From the NCBI RefSeq assembly GCF_964355755.1, contig NC_092679.1, positions 2,014,201-2,078,200 on the forward strand: DNA of 64,000 bases. The letters run 5' to 3'. Source of the DNA: Antedon mediterranea (taxonomy: Eukaryota; Animalia; Echinodermata). The notes under the pieces were generated by a model. That model saw nothing but the letters and a program-made list of their open reading frames with translations. It ran no database searches and had not been told where the DNA came from. Positions 14,301 to 29,300 of this stretch are shown in pieces. Made by a program: the position numbers and the translations under genes. The first letter of the stretch is position 1. Every line of letters starts with the position of its first letter.

Positions 14301-17300
14301 TTGATACTGAAATTTAATATAAATGTAATTTTTTTATAGTTTTATTATACAGTTTATAAGTACTTGTATATTTAGAGGTTCAAATACCACTTGCTGCTAT
14401 AGTTCAGTTATTAATATGATATCTTTAAGTTATTAATATACAGTATCTTGTATTGAAGTTCAGAAGGATACCACTAAATACATATTTATAAGCCATGATT
14501 GAATTTTATTATTGTAATTAAATGAGTTAGCATTTACTTAAATGAGGAGACAAACCCATGCTCACTTGACAAAATTAGGACCAGGACCAGTCTACTGCAT
14601 TTAGAAAATACAAAAAGAGGGCAGTCTTGTTATATAATCCGGCTTAATCCAACTCTGGGGAATTAATCTGGCTTAATCCAACTCCGGGGGATAGTCTGTG
14701 TCCATACCCAGAGGATAAAACGAAAATCAACAAAGGATATGTCTTAGTCATCGTCTAAATCAATAGTAAAATCCTATCAAGATGATTTGATACGACGATG
14801 TGTAAAGTATCTCCTCTTCTTTGACCTTGGCATCTTGTTAAGCTGGTGTGGTCAATAATCTCACACCATGCTCGGCTTCAATCAAAATGAAGCAAAAAAA
14901 TATATATACCGTTAAACATGCATACAGAATGTTGTATCTATTTTCATTCAATTACAGTAAAACCCCTATTCAGATTTTATACCTTCTGGACCCAATAAAG
15001 TGTCTCTTGAAAGGGGTGTCTCCTAGATGGTTGTAATGTTAAAATGTGTTTCTCCTCAGTTATGTCTTGGCAAAATGTCATCTTTTGAGTGATTGGAGCA
15101 ATTAGGGATAAATCATTTTGTTATAGCAGAAAGTGCATTGCATTTGGGAAAAAATGAATGTTTTGTGCTTTCACTAATACAGTTGTTTCATTGATTTTCC
15201 AGGAATTTTCCAAGTCATAAAAACTCATTTGAATGATACTTTAAACTTTCTTTAAGTTGTTTGAACTCCCTTTATATAGATTTTGGAAGTAATATCATTA
15301 ATTATTTGCAAAGAAATACTAACAAAAAATGGAATAAACCATTCCCAAATGAATTCATGTGCATTTCGTTTAATCTCACTCTCGTAAAGACAGCCGTTTT
15401 AATTCACGTTCAGCATTCCATCACTCGGTAATTCACCAGTTAAGCATTTAATTGAAAGTAAAGAATATTTTGAAGTAGTTTGTGATTCACTTAAACAGAA
15501 TTGATCAATCCTGTCAGGAATGATTTTGTCAGGAATTTTAGCAAAACATCTTTTCATATGTCAGTAATATCTGATATTGTTTCTCTGCTAAGTGTTCTAT
15601 TATAAAAACCAAATCTTTTCAATTAGATGATCAACCATCCAGGTGTGGAATTTGCTTACCTGTAAATAGATTACTCACAATGCATTCTTTTGAATGATTT
15701 ACACGTTAAAACTTTAAATGAAAACACTTTAGTGAGATTATTTCGTTCAGAATGTGGGCATGCGATCATACTACAAGCAAAATATTTTGATGAAATATGA
15801 TAAAGCGAGGGAACGACTATAAATTTCACGACACAATTTACCTTAATATTTGATGACATCTTGTGAACGAATTATTCGCATGAGATAAATCTGTGAATGT
15901 GTTTCAAGCTAACACCTGTCCATCTTAAATATGATTATTATTACTAAAAGTTTCTTTTAACACTTTAACAATTTAGACAAAAATTGGTCCAGATTTGGTG
16001 TCCCCTAGCCACCGGATTGACGGCGTCAATCACGATTGAGGAACAATAGCTGTCGTACGACGCTTTATGAGATCGTTGGCAGTTTCTTAAGGCCCGTTGG
16101 TCACAAACAGAGCCTTTTAGTTTCTTGCCAAATCGAATCTATGTAAAACAACAGAGCTTGTTATTAATACTACGTTTGAGTGTAATTTAGTCAGTTTCTT
16201 TCTGTTTTATAAAAACAGAACAAATAAAAGGACCAACACACCAATGAGTAAGAGATCTGTTATAATATGCCTTAGAGCTGTTTATAAAATGATTGTTGGG
16301 AGAAACCGATGAGGTGTGAATTAACATTGAACGTGTAGTTGAAAGTGATACGGGGGATACATGTCCGCTGCGTGTGTTCTCTGTCAACTTAATTATGTTG
16401 TCGAATTCAGAATTTGTATTGTGCGTAACAATTCTCAATATTTAACAACCACTAAAGCGTGATGCTCTAATTAAACCTGCTGCCTTAAGATATTTGTACA
16501 TCACCCAGTTACAAAATTGATATCAAGAGAAATTATTAACAAATTATTTCAGAATTCATTCAAGTATATGGATGTATAGTGTACACTTTTTGATCTGGTG
16601 TTTATGCAAGAAAGTTCACATGAGAGTTTTTAAATGTGGTTATGATTGACAGGTGCGATGAAGCGTGCGATCAACATTTCCAACATCATCTACATCTTTT
16701 TAATAATTTTTATTGCTAAACAAAACATTTATCCTTGGTGTAATATGTATAACGTCCTTTGTTGCCAGTATTAATACGATACTTCAGACATGTTTCTATT
16801 TATAGATTTTGGTTTTGCGGTTTCTTTGTTCAAGATTAGATTATAAAAAGTAGCATATTACTAAATTCCAATTTTTTTATTTAAATAAAATTCAATTGCT
16901 TTTATCAATTACATTTTCAAATATATTAACATGGGGATATAATGTAAATTGCAAATTTATTTTATATTCGCAACATTTAGCAGGCTACAGTAGTCAGTAA
17001 GCAAATGAATATAGTCAAATATCACTTTAACAATGAAAAAATTAGATTACCAGTATGTAAAGTTAGAAAGAAGAATTCTTTTATTGATATAATACTTTTA
17101 GTAACATTTTTATTATCACAATAAATGACTGCTACCACCAAACAAATGCTACCAAACAACCTTGCAACCTGATTGACCAAACTAAACTTACCCATCTTTG
17201 AACATTTTGAGAACCATAAATAAGGATTTTATTTACGAGTTTTTACTGATATTTTAATCGTAGTCCATAGCAGTCTAACTTGCCAATGTTATGATCTATG

Positions 17301-20300
17301 ATTGATTTAATGCGGTATTTTCATGTCACAATCACACAGGTATTTTCATCATAAATCACCGCTATCAGAAATACCTTTTACTAGACAGGAGTCTGTAGCA
17401 GTACATTATTTAATGTTTAAAGGAAACCAGATATTTATTAAATACATTTTTAAACATATATTTTCAGGTAAAGGTAATGCTGCGAGTGGTTCCCTCTAGT
17501 AATCCTCACGACACGGCTACGTTTGTCACCGTCGACCAGAAGAAGAAGCAAGTGACGCTATTTGACCCGTCTTTCATGACGAACCCACTCAGCACGTCGA
17601 GCCGCCGTACGGGAGTTGCCGCACCAAAGATGTTTGCGTTTGATTCCGTTTTCCCACAAGATTCCTCACAGGTAGTTTTCAATCAATTCTTTGTGCGGTT
17701 TTTAATTTTGCTTCATTCCTTGTATGATATAAAAATGTGTTGACTCATACTTTTATTAACATAAAAAACTTTTTCCAAATTTTAGGCTGAGGTGTGTGCA
17801 GCAAGTATTGGTGACATAGTACAAGCGGTAGTGAATGGTGCGGACGGATGCTTATTCTGTTATGGTCACTCAAGGCTTGGTAAGTGCTCAACCAAAATGG
17901 CTTTCACAAGCCATATGCTGAAATTGTGCTGCTATTGTACCAAAAGGATCATTCTTATTTTCAATTTGAATGTGATTCTTCCTTTTTATATAATTTTATG
18001 TATTTTCTACATTATGCAGTTGGTACTGTAAATGGCTTATTTACTGTAGTATTGGTTTCAAATATTGTATGTACCTGTATTGTATTTTTAAAATATGTAT
18101 TATGCCATTAAGATTGGGTTGGTTCGGAAAGGCCAAAAACCTTTCATTACAAAGAATGATATTATAATGACATAAGCAAAACGAAAGTTTATTTAACTTA
18201 ATATGCCACACATCGATTGGGAAAACACTGTGACATACTAACTACAGTATATTGTGAAATGTTACACTTGTGTGATCATTAAATTGGGCGATCCCCCTCA
18301 CTACTAATACAATGTGTAATTTGAGACATTTCAAAATAGTTACACAACTCGATTTCTTTGCAATTAGATTTCAGACAATGACATCTATCCCATTTCAAAT
18401 AGCTCCGATAATATACAGTATGATACAACGTATATGAAGAGTGTGTATCGATTACAATTGTAATAGTGTCCGTTCTGTCATAACTACTTTCATTTGTGTT
18501 GTTAAATGCCATGGTCAAACGGTCTAATAGCCTATGGCTATATCTCTATTGGTCATTTTTCATTCACAGCCGCTAGCTACAAGATTTACTACTTGACTAG
18601 CCATGCTTGTGGCATTTTACTCTTCGTTTATCAGGCCAAATATGTCGTTGGCCGGTTAATTGTTCAATATTACTTTCCAAATATGTCGTTGGCCTGTTAA
18701 TTGTTAGATATCACAATGCAAATATGTGATTGGGTACCAAGTCTTTGTTAGATTGGTGTAATTACATATAAGTGGCTAGCTGGTCAGATAAACAAATATC
18801 TGATTGTTAGTTAAGTGTTTCAGTTAGCAGCAATAGTTATGTCTGCATTCTCCTCTTCTGCTAAATTGCCGTGATAAGCACAGAACAATTAAGAGAACCA
18901 TCAAGAAACTTGTTTATGTTATTGATTGATCTTTGTTTAGCTATAAGAAATAATTCATCAAGTTTTGTTAATTGTTAGAGAGAACATAACGCAATGAATG
19001 TGTCACAGGCCCTTTGATCACCTTCATATTAAAAAGATGGGTTAATAAATCGTTTTGTGGATCAATATGAAACATCATCATCATCATCTTCCTTTATTGG
19101 ACATACACATCATTTGAGTATAGTCGCACATCATCGGTCAATTGGTCAGATTTAAATGTCAATAGGAATGTCATATTAAATTCTATTAATTTTTAATAAT
19201 ATAATTATATATAAATAAATAAATAATAATAATAATTTAAACTAAGTTCAAAATTAAAACAAAATGGGCTTCCTTTCTTTTTTACTATTAAGTATTATTT
19301 ATTTTCAATGTTTCCACAGGCAAATCCTTTACTATGATTGGACGAGATGATAACGTGCAAAACCTTGGCGTTATACCCTGCGCCATTGAGTGGTTGTTCC
19401 GTCTTATCAACGAGAAGAAGGAAAAAACAAGTACACGTTTTTCGGTACGAGTTTCTGCAGTAGAGGTTCATGGGAAGCAAGAAAACTTGAAAGACTTGTT
19501 GTCCGACCAAGCAAACGGTAAATATAAATACGAAACCTAATTTATTAGGTGCGCATCCTACTGCACAATGTATCTCAGTATAAGTACATAATTTAGTAAC
19601 ATCTTCTATTATACCCAAATATGGTAGTGATATGGCCAAATATAGTAGTGATATGGCCAAATATGGTAGTGATATGGCCAAATATGGTAGTGATATGGCC
19701 AAATATGGTAGTGATATGGCCAAATATGGTAGTGATATGGCCAAATATAGTAGTGATATGGCCAAATATGGTAGTGATATGGCCAAATATGGTAGTGATA
19801 TGGCCAAATATAGTAGTGATATGGCCAAATATGGTAGTGATATGGCCAAATATGGTAGTGATATGGCCAAATATGGTAGTGATATACCCAAATATGGTAG
19901 TGATATGGCCAAATATAGTAGTGATATGGCCAAATATGGTAGTGATATGGCCAAATATGGTAGTGATATGGCCAAATATAGTAGTGATGTACCCAAATAT
20001 GGTAGTGATATGGCCAAATATAGTAGTGATATGGCCAAATATAGTAGTGATATGGCCAAATATGGTAGTGATATGGCCAAATATAGTAGTGATATGGCCA
20101 AATATAGTAGTGATATGGCCAAATATGGTAGTGATATGGCCAAATATAGTAGTGATATGGCCAAATATAGTAGTGATATGGCCAAATATAGTAGTGATAT
20201 GGCCAAATATAGTAGTGATATGGCCAAATATGGTAGTGATATGGCCAAATATGGTAGTGATATGGCCAAATATGGTAGTGATATGGCCAAATATGGTAGT

Positions 20301-23300
20301 GATATGGCCAAATATGGTAGTGATATGGCCAAATATAGTAGTGATATGGCCAAATATAGTAGTGATATGGCCAAATATAGTAGTGATGTACCCAAATATG
20401 GTAGTGATGTACCCAAATATGGTAGTGATATGGCCAAATATGGTAGTGATATGGCCAAATATAGTAGTGATATGTCATCATCATGTCCATATATGTGCAC
20501 ATCACATTTTTTTGTCACATAAAGTTTCATAGTGTAGACAGAGCTTAAGAATTTTTTTTTTTTTAAATCAGCACATCATTTAAGTATTAAGTCACTCCTG
20601 TCAATCTTTGCATAGATATGAAATATATCAATTTGTTATGTGTCAAATCAAAATGGTTACATATTTTTCAATTATTATATTCTTCGTGGGCTTGGGGCCT
20701 GAGGAGATCTTTAAAAGTCGGGCAGTGGCTTGAACTGAACAACATTATGATGTTGACAAATGTAGGAGACATACTTCTACGGATTTGAAGACAAGTCATT
20801 TCACAATATAGATTGCTGAAAGAATATCTGATGTTAAGTGCACATGTTTAAAAGTCAACAAGGGATCTCCTGTCATTTTTGTTTTGTAACTAATTTTTTC
20901 AGATTATACTTATTTTTTCTGATAATTCTTATCATTCTGGATTCCTATTATTAGAATGTTTTATGTCATATTATCAGAATTTCCCTTGATCATTATGTTC
21001 ATTAAACACAGTGTGATCTTTCATGACATTCACGTACGTCCAATCGTAAAAAATAATATCTAAATCCTATTTTATGATTCTTTGAAAAAATTTTTTCTGT
21101 GTAATTGTTATTTTCTTTCCCCATTGAGTATTTTTCATAATCACATATTTGACACAGATATTTTGAATGACGTTGACACTTGAAATGTAACACTTGGTTT
21201 TACGTGACAATTACTGCAATGGTCAGAAAGGATTAGCATGAATAAAGAGCAATATGGACATGACCTAATATAGCTTAAATTAATAGTGAATTAATCTGTA
21301 GATAATCCTCATTGGGGATTTGTATTCTACTTTTGCTGTTTCCTACTTTAAAGTGAGGATTAAGAAGTTGAGTGATGTGATGGCTCTCAATGCCTTCTCT
21401 ATGAGTTATAAGTGTGCTGCTTGAGCATCTATCAAAACTCTCTTTGACTTTGATAGTATTCTCCAACCTGCTTAAAAATGGCTTTCAAAGTTAACCAAAT
21501 ACAGAAAATATAACGGCGGCCAAATAAGGACATGTGCATCCTATGGATTGTGCATATTCATGGGATACGCCTATTAAGGGGACATTTTCCTCTAAAATGA
21601 TTGAGGCATGTGTCATTTCCAACAGGGAACATCCCTATTAAGGGGACCCCAAAGGTATCCCCTTAATAGGTATAAACGTGAATGGTTTTACAATCCACTA
21701 TGGCCATAATTTAATGCTGAGCTCTCAGGTTCTCAATTTGACGCTTGGTAAAAGTATAAAAAAATTCAAGGTTATCAACATAAAATGTCGATAATGTTAT
21801 GTGTGAACATGCATTTAAAAATCTGAGTACATCCAAACCTACAAATTGTACTTGTAAATGAGATTCATAACTGTTCAAAAGCTTAGGAATACCTTGAGAT
21901 TATCATCCCATGTTCTATCATTAAAATTCAATATTAGTGCTCTTTTCTTTCTATTACTGAATCAATATAGAGTCAGTAATATATACTTAATTCTACATCA
22001 CAAAATGATATTAATCGGTTATCAAATGCCATAGTAAAGAGAAATTCAACAGAACACTATTTAGCCGGTATTGATTCATGTGAGCGTGTGTGACCATTAA
22101 TTCTTGGTGCATTAAAGATTTGTGGCCTAGACTTTGATCAAGTGCCTAAGATGGATATAGCAATTAATCTATATTACATTTCACTTAAAACACAACTCTA
22201 ATAATTGATATTCGGTAAGTTCTTGGCATTTATCACACGTGTCAGTCGGAATGAGCTCGGCTTCTTTTGAATGAGCTCTTGGGCCGATCTGAATTAGCTA
22301 TCAATATTATATAAGTTGGCATACTGTTTGTAGAGAATCTGTCATGGCTTAGAGGTTTTGTTAAAATTAAGATTCTCCTTATTATAGTAGAAATTAAAGG
22401 AATTTGCGCATTGGTTACAATTTTATTTTATTTTTAAAATATATGTTAGATTTTAACAATTTCAAACACAACAAAAAAGAATATAAAACTGTGTTTAAAA
22501 CATTGTAATAATTGTGAAAAAGTAAACCTACTTGTCTAGCATTTTATGATCATGGTTTTATCGCCAACATCCTTCTCTCTCTAATAGTATATAATAGTAA
22601 CAATTTATTTTGTATTTAAACAGGTAGTAATAATGGTTGTGGCACCTCACCTGGGATATACCTGGCAGAAGATCCAATCTGCGGAGTCCAGCTTCTAAAT
22701 CAAAGTGAACTTAGAGCGCCCTCTGCAGAAAAAGCTGCTTTTTATCTTGATGCCGCAGTTGCAGCTAGGAAATCAAAAACCTACCCCACAGGTACATGCT
22801 TCAGAAATTAGTTTTTAGCTACTAACTTGAATAAATAAACTGAATACGATTTTCGAAAAAATATTATAAGACGACTTGAAAATGAAATATTATCCTCCTA
22901 TAAATCTTGTTGGTCTTCAGAAATGTCACATTTAATCTGTCATCAATTTGTGGCAGCTTTTAACCAATTCACAATCATATTAAATTTCATATTTTGTCGT
23001 AATATTTTAATCAAAACTGGCGTAATAATGATACACGAAAGATAGATTTTAATTTACATTAAGCGCTGAATAATGTTAAAGTGCTTTTTCATTCATCACT
23101 GAACGTTTGCAAAATTGTTTTTTATTGTTTATAGATTACACACGATAAGATTATTGATCTAATAGTTGAGTATCTACCAATAGAATTTATTGGTTTTTAG
23201 TGACTTAAATCATTGATATATTTTATCAATTAAACTGAAAAATGTTTTGCATTTATCTTAGATGAGCCGGTGCCAGAGGAGGAATCTCGTAACTCTCACA

Positions 23301-26300
23301 TGCTTTTCACTCTGCACGTATACCAATACCGTTTTGAGAAGTCCGGTAAAGGAGGCGTAATGGGAGGACGCAGTCGTCTTCATTTGATTGATTTAGGAAG
23401 CTGTGATAAAGGTAGTCGAACCGGTAATGGTCAGGCATTATCATTCTCATCTTTAGGAAACGTCGTTCTTGCTTTGCTCAACTCTGATAAACACATTCCG
23501 CACAGGTAAGTGTCAAAAACTGATAATTTTTTTTTAATAATTGGAACACAAAATTAATGATTGTGTCAAAAATAATTATTGTACAGTTTATTTTATGATG
23601 TAGAGTAAGGAAGTAATATTATAGAAAGTGAAACACAATCAATATGTAGGAAATGTTATTTTTATAAACCCCTTTGATCTTTTGATTCTAAAAGAAAAAC
23701 ATCAAATCTATATTTTCTATTATCTTTATTAATTAAACTGAATTACATATTCTTATATACTGTAGATAAATGGAAATATTATTATCCTTCTGATATAGAA
23801 AGTGAAACACAATCAATATGTAGAAAATGTTATTTTTATTAAGTCCCTTTGATCTTTTGATTCTAAAAGAAAAACATCAAATCTATATTTTCTATTATCT
23901 TTATTAATTAAACTGAATTACATATTCTTATATACTGTAGATAGATGGAAATTATTATTATTGATGTTTTTCTAATTATTTTATAATTTTATCATTAAAA
24001 ATCTTGATTTTGTGTTTTGTATCTTTTTATGCTATGCGTTACTGTTGAATATTTGAAAAATAAGAAAACAACAAAAATTAACATATTACCAAAAATGACA
24101 CTTAAAATCCATGCTAATGGCAAACGCTGTTATGTTTTTTTCCAACATATCCTTTTATAATGTGTAAGCCTTTTTTCAAGTGAACTAGTTTTGAGTAAAG
24201 AAAGTTCAATGACATAATTTATCAATCTCATGATTGTTTTGGTCGTCCATGTTTTGCTCATCCTCATCAGCCGTAATTAATCTTCGGAGGATTAACTTAA
24301 ACTTGTGAATCTATTATCGCAAAAAGTACAGCAAATGATGATAAACCGTTCTCATTTTTTGTATCACGCAGGGACAGTAAATTGACCCAATTGTTGAGGG
24401 AGTCTTTAGGTAGTATCAACTGCCGTGCTACGATGATAGCTCATGTTTCCTCCGCTATCTCCTGCTATAACGAAACGTTAAGCACGATACAACAGGCGGC
24501 GAGAATCCACAGGAGAGGCAAAAAGAAAGCTAAAGTAAGTAAAATCGGGTTAATTATTCACAAATGGATGTTGAACTAACAATGGTACTCGTTTGTTTTC
24601 ATAATTTTCTACTTGATGGATTTATAAAAGTATCAGAAAAAAGAAAGTGAAATTATTTTGATATTAAATTAATAACATCTTAAAGACATGTAATACGTCT
24701 CTTATTAGCAAATTTCGCAGAGAAATAATAAACTGTTTATGAATTTCTAGAGTTAAAATAAAAGTATTTCTTATCTTAATGCTCCTTTTGTTAAAGGTGT
24801 TAAATAAATGTATACTATTATTATTAACACAAAACCTAAAGAGAAACCAATGCTTTTGTAGGAAGTGAATGCTTATAAAAAGATTACCCTTTTTATGAAG
24901 CAAAAGATAAAAGACAGGACGTCCACGAACGGATGGGTAAACTTCCCGATTTATAAATACTACGCACCAAGAGATTTATAAATTGTATATAAACCGAGTA
25001 TTAATATGTTGAATGATTTAGTTGAAAACAATGGAGGTGTGGATTGAATTGAGAAATTTTCTTTTGCAGTATTCTGGAACAAGTTCATCTGGCGGAGAAA
25101 GCTCCTGCGAAGAAGGACGAAGACGGCGTCCCCACTTTAGATCGATCCATACAAAAAACATCAATGGAATCACAGTTACGAATGCAATTCGGCAAAGTGA
25201 CCCTGAATACATCTCCAGTAGTGAGCAGTCGTGTGATACTGTTATCTATGTTGGACCCGATGGATGTGCGTTGAGCGATCGGGATTTGACCGATAATGAA
25301 GGTCCTCCTGAATCTGTACCGATTTTCAGACCAACTCTTGGACGCGTAAATGAATCGAGAAATGCTTCAAATGACGAGCTTCATAGTCGATTAGCAAAGA
25401 TCGATAATAAAGTTAGTCGAAAGGATGAACTTAAAAAAATGAAAAAGGACAGTGGCAGTGAGAGTGATACGCCTCGTTTAAATGCAAATCATGTGAAAAT
25501 GATTGAAAAAGAACATGAAACACCTTCCAAGAAATCTGGCATTCCGCGACCTTCCAAATCAGGAACTTCCTCAAGTAATAAACGCACAAAAAAGACAGAC
25601 ATTATATCGCAAGTAAAACAACCAATTGTTAATAACGTACAAAATAACAGGACTGTCATTAATACTTGTAAAATCGAGGAACGAGTGTCACATGCTGAAG
25701 AAAGAATTCCAGAGGTTGAGGAGAGGGTTCCTCGTGTTGAAGAAAGCATCCCAAATGTTAAAAGTGTACCCCCTGTTGTCGACCATCTCTTGCAAACGCC
25801 AGATGACGACGTGGAGGATGATGAGTCAATGCAAGAATCAAACTTTGAAAATATTAAAAAATTAGCTGGCAATTTAGAAGATCTCTCGCCAACGCAAAGG
25901 TCCGGTTATCATCCTAAGATGGGTGTTGCTGGACGTAACTACAACAACGATCACAAAAATTTTGAATCTTTACCGCAATCTGTTAGTATGCCAACGTTTA
26001 CAGACGTTACTCAAGTATGTGTAGCTCATGGGTTGCAACCAAATATGGATATGATAAGTGATTATGTAAATGGAAATTTGAATGGAAATCATGATATTCA
26101 AGCGTTGTACGATGCAGATAGAGTAATACATTCAGTAGAATCATTAGACACTATCGCAGAACTCCTTGAAAGGCCTGTATCTGAATTATCGCTCGTCAGA
26201 TCAGAAGACGAGATGTCTTTGGTATATTCAGAGGTCGGCTCGTTTGTGTCTACTAAAACAGACGACCTGACCTCGCTGGAACAAGCTGCTCTGACAGTCG

Positions 26301-29300
26301 ACGATATGCCACTCGGTTCAGAAGCATGTTGCTTAGCAACGCTTGATAGGCAGTCGTTGGATTCACTGTCAGAGAATTTCGATGCTAATCTGAATACTGC
26401 AAGTTTGTGTGCAAACACTAACAATCAAATACCTTACGATGAGGTAATAGACAGAGAGTTACGGAATCGTGGACATTACGTATATTCAGATGATGAATCT
26501 GAAGTAAGTGAGAAAAAACGCAAGAATAATAAGATATCTTTGGATAACGCCGATAGCGTGTCATCTGTGGAGTTCCGTATGCGTGACCTAGATGCGATAA
26601 AATCCATGTACGTCATTTCAAACTTGAGCGTCGATGACATATTTACCGATGATCCAAACGAAGGATCGATATCGACAATGGCAGATTTTGAGATTCCTAC
26701 TGCTTTGATGGATGAACCACAAGTTGTCACGTACATGACCGTAGAAGAGGAAGGCCAAGTAGTGATGCGTGAAAAACATCTTGCTGTTGATCATCCTCTA
26801 AGAAGGTTAAGCTGCATCAGTGATGCAACTGATGCAACATTCTCCACAAATTCTCGTCCCTCAAGTTTTATAAGCCAGGAAGACGAAGAAAGCGAAGATC
26901 TTTCATCAGGATTTAATGCTTCCGATATTCACAGCGTAGAAGAGAAAGTTTACGCACATCCAGGTTATGTACCGATTTACGCAATGCATTTGTTTGATAA
27001 GATGACAGAGGAGAATGCCGAAGTTTGGGAAAAGATGGATACTATAACGCGGGAAGCGAGTCAGAAGCGTCGGATGAGTAATCAGAGTAACAAGAATTCA
27101 GCAAGTTCTGAAAGCACTCAAAGAACAATTTCGCATCTGGACACAAACACTATTCTACCATGTGCTAATGTCAATCCAGTGTTGGCAAGATTAAAATCTG
27201 TAGAAGTAGATCCTAGAGGTTATACCAGTGAAGATAACTGCTTAAGAGGATCTCTTCATAAACATCGCCAGATACTGTCAAATGAGCCAGTACCAACCGA
27301 TGTTCATCAGAAGATGTCCAAATCTCAGTCTGAACCTACTTCAGTAAAAGCTAGCCCACTCCATCTGACGAAGATAAACCAGTGTGACGTTGAGCCTCTT
27401 CCAACGGTTTTATGCAATGCTATTGCTAAAGTAGAAGAAGAAATGTCGCTAAATGAGAAAAAGTTGCTAGAAGAGAAAGAAGAACGGTTAAAATGTAGCG
27501 ATATGTGGTTGCTACGCCAACCAGATGGTGCAGCTGACATTCAATCTGAGCCAGAAATGGGTTTCAGAATGAACGAACGCAGGAATGGTTTTAGACATCA
27601 ACTCAGACAGGTCGAAGAGAAGGAAGTAATGGAGGCTGTTAGACCTCCAACTATTGGTGCTTGTTCCTCTCCGACATTTGATGTTGAAGAAAATCCATGT
27701 TATTCGCAAGAATCTGAGCAAGTGGCAGAGTCGTCTAAGTCTCCAAACAAGACTCACTTAAGTGCTGAATCTGGTGAAAAATCCAGATCAAGAGGACTTT
27801 TAAAACCAAAGATTTTCTCCAAGTCTGACAAATCTAAAAGTAAAAAGTCAGATAAATCTAGAACAATATCTATGCAAGGGAAATCGTACAGTGATACCGA
27901 ATCAAGTTGTCGAACCAGTTTGTTATCAAGTCGACGTACAAATAACAGTAGTAGTAAGTTGCCAACACGTACTGGCAGTCCATCTCAGAAAAGTGGACAA
28001 ACTGCTAGAAACGCTCTAAAAAGTGCCAAATGTTCACCAAGCCAAACTAAATGCAAGGAAAATCCTCCTACACCGTCTTCCAATAAAACACCCACCACCA
28101 CTAGTAAAATACCAACAGCTAAAACTAGTCCATCGAAAAGCAAGACAACATCCACCAGCCCAAAGTCAACAGCAACCAGTCGAGGAACGTGTCTACCAGT
28201 TAGAAACAAGTCCCTTAGTAAATCTGCTCCGACGTTATCCAAAAACTCTACCAATAACAAATCGGCAACAAGTTCACTAAGCGACATTCTACCAACGAAC
28301 AAATCTCCACAAACGAACGGCAAACTCAAAGTTGGAAACCGTCTAACCGACTCGTCGGATAGCGGTAACGACAGCGGGATTGTGTGCGCAGAAAAAAGCC
28401 CTGCTAAAGTGAAGACATCATTCCTGTCCCCGTACTCGACCATGACGGAACCGAGGAAGAATCGTTGCTCGAGTAGCGGGCATGGGAGCGATAACAGCAG
28501 TACAGTAAGTGATTGTCTTTCTAACAAACGGGCAACTGCATGCGGTAGTGAAGAAGCTAGTAGTGGCTATGATAGTATGCTAAGGGAATCTGAACACGAT
28601 TACACATCTGGCAAAGTGAAGGCACTCAAACATCTTAAACGTAAACTACAAGGTAAACTCACTGCTTACTTCTAACTCTCTCATTCTTCCTCTTACAAAA
28701 TTCAAATCAATTATCAAAATCAAATTTATATAAAAAACATTATTATTTAGTCAATATTATAATTGACATTTATAGTAAAATTTTGTATTCAAAATTTATT
28801 TTCGTTAATCATGGTGATTCTGTTCAAAATTTATAATAATTTTTTTTTTTTACAAAATTTTTCTGAAATTGAAAAAAGAATAATTTATATAAGATATCGG
28901 ACAAAGTTTTAAATTATTCCAAAATGTCAAAATAAGCAAAAATATTAACTCAGATACCAAATGTATCTGTTCTAGAGATGAAGAAGTTGTGGGCGTGCTT
29001 TGAAAACACATGGTGATGGAAAGATTCTAACACGCAGTAGCTAAACACTAGCAAACACTGTAGATAGAACAAACTTAGTACCAGCTTGCTGCTTGCACAA
29101 TCAAAAAATTGCACGAAAACTCATTTAGAAATATTATTATTTATGCTACTTTTATCATTTTAATATATATTATATTTCTTCTTGTTAATCTGCTCTAAAA
29201 AATATGATAACAAATGATTTGATTGTATACTTTTGTACTAATGTTACACTATATAATATTCATTTTACTTTAACATTATTAAAATATCATTTTACTGCTG

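Noticed and set aside
1806-16438. Numerous 60-85-aa ORFs in upstream and intronic DNA (other than the 8104 exon)
   Set aside because: AT-rich random composition, many non-ATG starts, no homology motifs or coherent splice structure.
19295-20532. Four overlapping 296-411-aa ORFs (MAKYGSD, VVIWPN, LYLAIS, WPYHYH repeats)
   Set aside because: Artefacts of a stop-poor 21-bp (multiple of 3) minisatellite derived from a MITE, inside a KIF26 intron.
25022-25069. N-terminus of the 1217-aa ORF as a stand-alone gene start
   Set aside because: Non-ATG start within an intron; the exon begins at the ttttgcag acceptor (25070) in frame with the motor exons.
25489-28527. Antisense and alternative-frame ORFs (71-180 aa) over the giant exon
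   Set aside because: Shadows of the KIF26 coding frame; no independent motifs or splice signals identified.
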